Shown in pieces: positions 55,996-64,000 of a stretch of 64,000 nucleotides of DNA. Where the stretch lies: NCBI GenBank assembly GCA_051294375.1, contig CM119269.1, positions 5,467,609-5,531,608 of the forward strand, read 5' to 3'. Every line of letters begins with the position of its first letter. Position 1 is the stretch's first letter. A model generated the notes under the pieces. It worked only from the letters and a program-made list of their open reading frames with translations, was not told the origin of the DNA and ran no database searches. The translations under genes were made by a program, and so were the position numbers. Source of the DNA: Paraspadella gotoi (lineage: Eukaryota > Animalia > Chaetognatha).

Positions 55996-56825
55996 TATAT
56001 TGAACGGTTCTGTCACTAACATATAACAATTATTACTGTCTCCTCAACGGGTTATTTAGTAGATTGATATGGAAATGATAAAATTTAAAAAAATTAAAAT
56101 TAAGCATATAAAATATAAAAATAAAAAAAAAAACATTAATAGATTCATTTTTTAATTTTATACATTAGTGGGTACCAGTGAGCTATATTTATATATAATA
56201 ATAAGTATATAATATGTTAAAATTTCAAAATACAAATATTAAAATTTCAAGATCGGATTTGGTTTCCTTGCAAAAAGTTAATATAATAATGTATAATTCT
56301 ATTTTAAAAATTCTTTCATTAAGTTGGTCAAAAATTTAAAAAACTTTATTTAAGACGCTAATTTTCACTTTCCAGTTCAAAAATTTATTTTTTTAAAATT
56401 TTAATCTATATAATTTTTAAAAAAGATTTATTTTATTTTATTTATTTTCTTTTATAAACGCTAATATGATAGTTTTTAAGATATAACTGCTAAATTTTGA
56501 TTCCAAACTTTCACTTCACCCTATTGTTTAGTGTTAAGGATGATTTAAGGGACCGGGGATTTGAATTTTTGTTTTTAAATTTAAAAAAATATTACTTAAC
56601 CTAAACCTAAACCCTTTTAAACCTAGTCAGTGAAAATAAAATTAACCCTAAAATTCTACCCAATGTTACTCTAAAGAAGCGAAAGTAAAAGATATCCTAA
56701 TTACAAAAACATTATAAATGAAACAAATAAAATTATTCAACCTTTGCTACGGCTGGTCAGTAGTTTGTTAATTCATTTAATTTTGTTTTCTCTCTAACAT
56801 CGAGACTGTTTGCGCAATATATATT

Positions 56826-57025
56826 TGGGTTACTTTTACTTTCATCGACCGGGGTTAGGGAGGGGTTAGGGAGGGTTTAGGGTTAAGTGTGGTTTAGGGT
56901 TAGGGTTAAAAAGGTTCCGAGTTAGGGTAATTAAGTAATAATTTTTTAATTTTTAAAAAAAATTTTTTTTGGGATAGTTTTTCAAAAGCCGCAAAAACCG
57001 CAGTCGGCGAAAGTAAAATTTAGCC
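56826..57025 (+). mobile_element. About 200-bp MITE-like element with short inverted ends and internal degenerate TTAGGG repeats
   Basis: Ends TTTTACTTTCATCGAC...GTCGGCGAAAGTAAAA; interior GGGTTAGGG/TTAGGGTTAGGG. Inverted copy at 58201-58401, fragments at about 55520-55790, 56500-56690 and 59400-59426. Confidence 0.7.
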
Positions 57026-57087
57026 ATATATTTTTTTTGGTGGTAATAAAAATTTTTATTAAGTTTTATTAGAAAATATAAATTTTA

Positions 57088-57127
57088 AATATGTTTCAGC
57101 TTTAATGTAAGCCTTCATCAGCGCAAA
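57088..57127 (-). mobile_element. Degenerate Penelope-type hammerhead/pLTR fragment; inverted partial copies at about 57805-57852 and 58120-58200
   Basis: Minus strand reads TTTTGCG-CTGATGA-AGGCT-TACATTAA-AGCT-GAAA-CATA-TT. The core is intact but the cleavage triplet and stem I have decayed. Confidence 0.6.
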
Positions 57128-58200
57128 AACGAATTGATTTATGAAACAAATATTTTTACAAACTCTCTTTCTTTCATTAAACTTCAAAGTTAGCGGTAGC
57201 CGACCAAATTCAAATTTTAATGGAAACAGCATTAAACTAATCCATTATTGGTATTAATTATTGTATTAAAATATTTTTTTGCAAAAATGTTCCGAACCAT
57301 GAATAATTCGTTAATATTATTATATTGCTATATAATATCAAAAATTTTTTTTGGACATTTTAAGTTTTTTTAATTGATTTAGATTTAGAGCTTAAAAAGT
57401 TAAGCAAAAAATATAATAACTTTTTAAAATTTTGATGTTTTATTACTTAAAATTAGTAAAAACTGTTAAAATAATCGGATGATGATGATGATTTTTTAAG
57501 GTTTTTCCCAGTTTTGACCCACTTATCATCAAAATATTGAAAAAAGAATTATACTTTGTGTAGACAACTTTTTATAAGCTATCTGAATCTGCTTTTAAAA
57601 ATACAAAATTTAAAAACAAATTTTTGACATATCCTATCTATAAATAAATATTAAAAAATTAATTACTAATGCTTCTAGCCATTTTAAAAAAATTTGGTCC
57701 ATTGAAAGTTTTTTAAGAAATGTATGAAGTTTCATTTGGAAATGTTCCCAAATCAAACTTCTGACCCACCCCATTGACAAAGTTTGGCTCTATCAAAGTC
57801 TGATATTTGTTTCATAAATCAATTTAATTTTGCGCTGATGAAAGATTACATTTAATTTTTTATTTTTTAATGAAACTTATTGTACGTAAATAAACAATTC
57901 GATGTCCGCAACCAACCTTAGTTACTAATGGTCGGTACTTTGTTAATCCATTTAATTTTGTTTTCCCTTTAGCGTCGAATCACAGTTTGCGCAATAATAT
58001 ATACTTTTTTTAACAGTAATACAAATTTTATCATTTAATAATAATAATTGTTTTAAATTTATTTTAATTATTATTTTTATGTTTGAAATAAAAAATGAAT
58101 TGTTTAAATTGTCTAAAAATATTTGTTTTACAAATCAATACGTTTTTGCCCAGATTGAAGCTGAAACATATCCAAAATTTATGTTTCTTAATAAAACTTA

Positions 58201-58401
58201 GGCTAAATTTTACTTTCGCTGACCACGGTTATGGCGGCTTTGAAAAAAAAAGTATTTATTTTTTTAAAAAATATTACCTAATTAACCTAACCCTAAACCC
58301 TAACCATCCCTAAACCACCCATAACCCTAAACAACCCCTTACACTAAACCACCCTTAAATTATCCTTAACCCTAACCCCGGTCGGCGAAAATAAAAACCC
58401 A
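58201..58401 (-). mobile_element. Second copy (inverted) of the TTAGGG-containing MITE-like element
   Basis: GGCTAAATTTTACTTTCGCTGAC...AACCCTAACCCCGGTCGGCGAAAATAAAA. Confidence 0.7.
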
Positions 58402-58689
58402 AAAAATTACCGGCATTCCTGGAGATCAATGCCCTCTGGAGGCCTAAGGGAAAACGAAGAGCAAGGTTTTTCTTAAAGAATTAACGGAAAAAAGAAGAAC
58501 GAAATAGAACGGAAGAGGATAACATTTTGGGAAAAAAAAGGAATTCAAATATCATATTTTTTCTTTTAATATTTTTTATTTTTGCTATATAAAATTGGTA
58601 CAACCAATATATATTTGGGTAAAAATTAAGATTACAATAAATTATGGTTAAGAATAAATTAAGAATAAATATAAGTTAACTAAAAAAAT

Positions 58690-58830
58690 AAGTTAAGGTT
58701 AAAAATAAGTTAGGGGTAAGTTAGGGTTAAGTTTATGAGTAAGTTAGGTATAAGTTAGGGGTAAAGGTAAGTTTGGGTTAGGGGTAAGTTTGGGTTAGGG
58801 GTAAGTTTGGGGTAAATTAGAGTTAAATTT
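58690..58830 (+). repeat. Telomere-like minisatellite (GTTAGGGGTAAG / GTTTGGGTTAGGGGTAA units)
   Basis: Visible tandem degenerate TTAGGG-based units. Confidence 0.8.
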
Positions 58831-60109
58831 AAAATTAAGTTTCGGCTTAAGCATACAATAACTTTTCAAAAAATAATATTTAAATATAAACAAATTTATA
58901 AAAAAATATAATAATAATATTTATAAAGTAACAGAGTTTTTGTTTATGATTACAATGATTATTTAATAATTCGGACAGAGAGATAAAGATATCAAGGTTA
59001 AAATTGCCTCTCTCTCTATAAGTTAGTATCCAAATATTATTATTTTATTATTAAAACTGGCTGATAAAGGTTCAAAAAACAATAACCAAAACATATCCAA
59101 ATTATTAAATGATCGTGGTTATCACAAATAAAAACTTATTTTATAAATATCTATTAAAAAAAATGAAAAAAAGAAATATTACAATTACTAATATTTAAAA
59201 AAAAAATTTTAAAGCATTAAAAAGAAATCCTTAGCTCGTGAAGCTTAAAAACGTTTTTAATATCATTGTTGTTACGGTTTTAAATTTTCTTTTCTGTAAA
59301 GAAACAAACTTTATTTTTTCCTCTTCTTTCTCTTCATTTTCCCATAAGCCTCCAGAGCGTATTCAACTCCGGGATCGCCAAATTACCAAGCGTAAAACAC
59401 CAGTCGGCGAATGTAAAATTTAGCCCAAAAATAATAATCACAAAACCGGTGATTATGCTCACAAAGATGCAATTAGATACAATACATATAATTTGATTGA
59501 AAACAATTCATATTATGCATATACTAAAATCCATAAGCCGACAAAAGCTGAACTTACAACGACGGGTAACGTGTTCGGCGGCCAGGTTCATTGCACGTAT
59601 TCTTCTCTTTTACGACAAAATGCTAATTTTCAAGTGAGAAACGACAAAGTAATACAAATCCCAAAAGGGATGATATTAAAAGAGACAAAATTGAAAGTCG
59701 AAGAGAGGATAGATACCACGCAGATGGAATTCGAAGTGAGAGCCTCCTCGCCAATACCTCGCGCGACTCGCGAGGCTTCCTCCGCGTCAACAAACAAAGC
59801 GGATCGGAAGCCATCGAGAGGAATCAAAGAAAATCCGAGTCGCTTCAGATGACAAATGAACAACGCGAGCAAGGAAGAAAGAACTTTTATACTTCAATAA
59901 TTGACAATATAAAGTTTTATTGACAATTAATGAGAAATTAATTAAGGTAGGTCACCAACTAAAGGCGAAAGAATTAACAGCGAAACCCAACTTTTAACCA
60001 TTCAGGGAAAGTGAAATTCATAGTCATAATGTAATTTATTTCGATTTCCTTATTGGTAAGTTTAACTTTTTCATTGTTTAAAAGCAACCGTAAAATTAAA
60101 ACAAAAATA

Positions 60110-60149
60110 ACGGACATGTTTCGGCTCTGATGAAAGCCTTCTTCAACGC
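60110..60149 (-). mobile_element. Penelope-type minimal hammerhead with a C3-to-T core mutation
   Basis: Minus strand reads GCG-TTGAAGA-A-GGCT-(8 nt)-AGCC-GAAA-CATG-TC^-CGT. Confidence 0.62.
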
Positions 60150-60191
60150 GAAAAATATTTAATTTTAGTGTCCCAATGAACTAAGAAACAA

Positions 60192-61188
60192 TTTTTAGTC
60201 GGATCTGCTTATGAGCAGATCCCGACTCTATAATCCACTTTGTCGGTCCGTCGGTCCCCTCAATCTTGTTAATCTTGTCGGGCATTAACTTATTTCATGT
60301 CAGAACATCGATTTATGATAAATTATGCATTATGATGTAATCCTGGGATGATAGTCATTCATCGTAAATAAAACAGACAAATGCGTGTATCAATGAGAGA
60401 GAGAGAAAAAGCTGGACAGCCGCTGCAGAGCAAACTCGTTTTTATTAATTCACTTTGTCGGTCCGTCGGTCCGCCCCCTCAATATTGTCGGGCACTCACT
60501 TATATCATGTCAGAACATCGAATTATGATAAATTATGCAAAAAAAAACAATGTCCGTCCGTCTGTCCCACCTTAAACACTAATTACTCGTGATTGGATGG
60601 ATGAATTGGAATGAAATCTTGTGTGTGGGTAGGGAAGTGTGTGATTGAGCTGTACATGAAGTTTCGATGGAATCGTCCGAGTGGAAATGAGTTTAAATGG
60701 AAAAAACAAAAAAATAGATTTCACTATTTGAACACCAATTACTCATGAGTGAATGGGGCGATTGACTTGAAATTTTGTATTTGGGTGATTAAACTGGAAA
60801 TCAAGTTTTGATGGAAACGTTTGAGTAGAAATTAGTTTAAATAGAAAAAAACAAAAAACCTGTTTTACTAATTGATTATGCTTCTTTTTTTTATATTTTT
60901 AATGTAAATGCAGGATGTATTAATAAATCAAATAATTAATCAATTAGTCAATTAATTAATCAATAATTAATTAATCAGTCAATCAATCAACTCAATTGTT
61001 ATCGACATTATTCTCATCGTCGTCATTGCTTTTATCGTGGTTAGTGACGAAAAGACCTAAAAACAAACATTTAGGATCAAATTAATAAATTGCCTAATTA
61101 ATTAATTAACTTGAATTATTTAATTTTTAATGAATTAATTACCGATAATGATCGTGGGCAGATCCGACATTGTTTGCTCAAACTTGTT
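60192..61188 (+). mobile_element. Helentron-associated non-autonomous element (HINE/DINE-1-like)
   Basis: T-rich 5' end; subterminal inverted repeat GTCGGATCTGC (60198) / GCAGATCCGAC (61158) with a local partial inverted copy; GTCC/GTCG microsatellite; internal duplication (about 60235-60330 vs 60450-60540); ends CTTGTT. Confidence 0.6.
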
Positions 61189-62582
61189 AGCCGAATAAGA
61201 AACTGCAACGGAAATGAGAAATTAAAACAGCGTGATGATAACGACGACTACAGTCAAAAAAAAGCATAAACGCCAAAGTTGGGCATTCGCCCGTCTGACG
61301 AGATAAAAATTATTTTATAAATAAAACAAACAATTGAGTGCAGGAATATGAAACATTTGAAACTAAAAGATCTTGCTGATTAGAAGCTCTAGCTAAATTT
61401 TTAATTTTCTATAGTTACACACTTTTACAATTTGCTATGGTAAAGAAGCGTGACGGCGACAACGGTTAAAAAGAAGCAGAGGCAAACCAAAATAACGCCA
61501 AGACGGGCTTAAGAAAAAAAAAAATCTTTCATATCTGAAGTGCTTATATTTACTACAGGGGAGTGATTCAAAACTTAGAATAGTATTTACCATCAGATTT
61601 TATAAACAATTGAATATCTTTTTCTCTTGCTCTTACAATACACTGCGCTCCTAAAAAGAATGCAACATTGGTTGTTCTTCATCTCGAGTCCCTCGATGTC
61701 CGCACGAATTTGTCTCCGACAATGCGTCAAGAAAAAAAGTGATACGGATTTTCTAGGTTCTGATTCACTACCCTGTAGTATTTAATGTTAAAATAATTAC
61801 TATTGAAATATTATTTAATCAACAAATAAATTTTACTTGTGAACGCTAAAATGTGGATTTATAAAACAATGATTAAAGAAGGTCCAAGCTTCGGCATCAA
61901 AAATTAAATTCTTGGTAAAGGTGGATATCCAGGATAACCGTTAAGATTCTTTCTTTATATCCTCCATAAACGATTTTAAGAACTAATATATTTTAATGTT
62001 TGATGATTAGTTACGAAATATATTATATGCTTTAATTTATATTTGCCTCAAACAACAAATTTAAATAAGCAAATTTTAATTCAATGAAAAAATAATAAAA
62101 TAAAAAATGCCAAGAACGACATTAACAAGTTTACATAACGATTAACGACATTAACAATTAGAGAGAAAAAGAGAAAAGCGTCTATCTAAAGTATGAACTC
62201 TAAAAAAGGTTTTAACTTTGCAAAAAATTAACAAACCACTTTTTGCCACGACAAGGAGTTCAAACATTTTATTTCAGCTTATCTCGTCATCGGTTTTCAA
62301 GAGTTGGCGTGAACTTTACTAATTAAATCATCTGTTCTTTTTCGGCTTCCCTTAAAATACAGGGTCTTCGAGCTATTTTAGGAATTTAATAAAATATTCA
62401 TTGAGGCAGTAAAAATTAATGTACTGTAATCTTTTAAAATTTGATATGATTATAAAAAATGTATGAAGAACATATACATTTTTATTATTATAAGCTTTGT
62501 CAATTACCACTTTAATTATACGGCTCCAAAAGGAAACAGACTTTTTCACCTGCGTTCAGCTGGCCGAGCCCGACTGTTCATC

Positions 62583-62678
62583 GAGCGTAGTGAAAGTTAC
62601 ATATAAAAATTCTAAATGTCAATTATGAACAACATACCATCAGTGAACATTAATTTGTAAAAAAAATTAATTTATGTT
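62583..62678 (+). repeat. Dispersed repeat, copy 2 (matches 1936-2031)
   Basis: Visible alignment over about 95 nt. Confidence 0.75.
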
Positions 62679-63906
62679 CTTCAATATAGCAGTAGGCTAT
62701 ATTTATATATAGTACTATCCTTTAATAAAATCAAAACATTTCAAAATATATATCATTTTTAAAACTTCTTTCATTGAGTTAAAAATTAAAAAAAAAAAAA
62801 TTTAGTATAACAAAATTTTAATTTTCAGCTTAAAATATAGGTTTTTTATTAGTTTTTGTTTTGAAACGAATTTTATTTATAGTTGCAAACAAAAACTTTG
62901 TCAATTCTCTAATTAATAGTAACAACGAAAAAGAAAGGATTATTTCAATAGGTTTTTTTATATATTTGATCAACTTAATGAAAGAATTTTTAAAAAAAGT
63001 TATATTTCTTTTTATCAACTTTTTATGACGAATCTGAATCTGTAAAATAATCTAACAAAAAACTATTTTGAAATTTTAACATTTATTGGATTAGTAGTAA
63101 AATTTATTATAAAATTTTGTACACATAAATGTTCATTATTATAATATTGTTCGTTCCTCAATTTTGGAATTTTAATTAAAGTTAAATTTAGAATTTTTAC
63201 TACCCTTTAGAGTGTTCAGTGTTCAAAAATCATTGACGTTGTATTAAGGTTTGTAAATACCTCTTAATAAATTTCGGCGCGAAATACAAACCAAATTATT
63301 CCAATAAATAATGTATTAGGAGGTGAATCTGGGTATCGTATTAAAGGCAAGACCAAACAGATTATAAATCTGTATACTTTTTGTTATATGATTTATTATA
63401 TTTTTAGTTAGGTTTATTTTGTCATATGCCAAAATTGTTTTTCAAAATAGCTCTAAAACCCAGTACATTGAAGGCATGATTTTTCCGATTCGTTTAAATT
63501 GAAAAAAAATAATAGAGATTTCGGGAATTATACGAAGCCACAAAAATTCTCAAGCAATTACGGATTAGGATAAAAAATTTACGCATGAATTATGTTGTGA
63601 AAAAAAGTATTAATATTAACATTTTTTTTAAACAACAAAGTAATTGTTTTTTAAATGACTTAACAAAACAACCCTCTTGGTTACGAAACAATGGGAAACA
63701 TTTCACCAACTCAAAATGCTATCGATTTTCTTTTTTTTTTCCCAAGAAATACCTAAAAGAATGTTAAACTATATATAAATAGATGCGAGACGGAATGTCT
63801 TTAGCCCTGATCAGAGCGATTTTGGAGTCGTACTTAAACAATGCTTTAAATACTTTCAGTTTTCCGACCATTTCAATTTAAATTTTAAAATTCGGCACAT
63901 AAAAAG

Positions 63907-64000
63907 ATGGATGCCAAAATATTCACGCTGTTCTTCTTTCTTATTGCCTCGGACGTTTCAGAAGGAGAACACAAATCCGGCACTGGATTTGGACCAAAAG
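63907..64000 (+). CDS. Possible first coding exon of a divergently transcribed secreted protein (runs off the window)
   Basis: MDAKIFTLFFFLIASDVSEGEHKSGTGFGPK... has a signal-peptide-like start, higher GC than its flanks and a TTTCAG acceptor-like site about 50 nt upstream. No homology recognised. Confidence 0.35.
   Translation, partial: MDAKIFTLFFFLIASDVSEGEHKSGTGFGPK

Noticed and set aside
58690-58830. True telomere or CRISPR-like array
   Set aside because: Short, degenerate and interstitial; no repeat-spacer structure, and the DNA is eukaryotic.
59493-59872. GC-richer patch with ORFs on both strands (also patches at about 61640-61730 and 62530-62580)
   Set aside because: No recognisable protein and no consistent exon chain. 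It could be an orphan exon or TE debris, but this is unsupported.

Overview
Eukaryotic (invertebrate animal) genomic DNA with GC-rich exons and AT-rich introns. Positions 1-55.4 kb hold 20 protein-coding genes, all on the minus strand. In transcription order they are NDUFAF3, CINP, POLR2J, UBA52, RPS29, RPL32, a dCRY-type cryptochrome, SENP6/7-like, METTL25, RPS16, SAC3D1, LIMS/PINCH, APEH, RPL41 x2, CNOT10, RPL38, NUP42, USP34 and an NHE/SLC9 exchanger. Stop-to-ATG spacers are mostly 26-500 nt, which suggests a large operon-like, possibly trans-spliced, polycistron. Positions 55.5-63.9 kb are an AT-rich, repeat-rich strand-switch region. The most unusual signal is non-coding. Three + strand elements from two unrelated repeat families fold by hand into the same circularly permuted (type P5) twister ribozyme variant, with almost no P1, a 3-bp P2 with a bulged A, and covariation in both pseudoknots. 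One of them is fused directly behind a tRNA-derived Pol III head. Several Penelope-type minimal hammerhead ribozymes are also present, one of them intact. Gene identities come from recognised protein motifs and RNA folds from manual base-pairing. No database search or folding program was run, and the species cannot be identified from the window.
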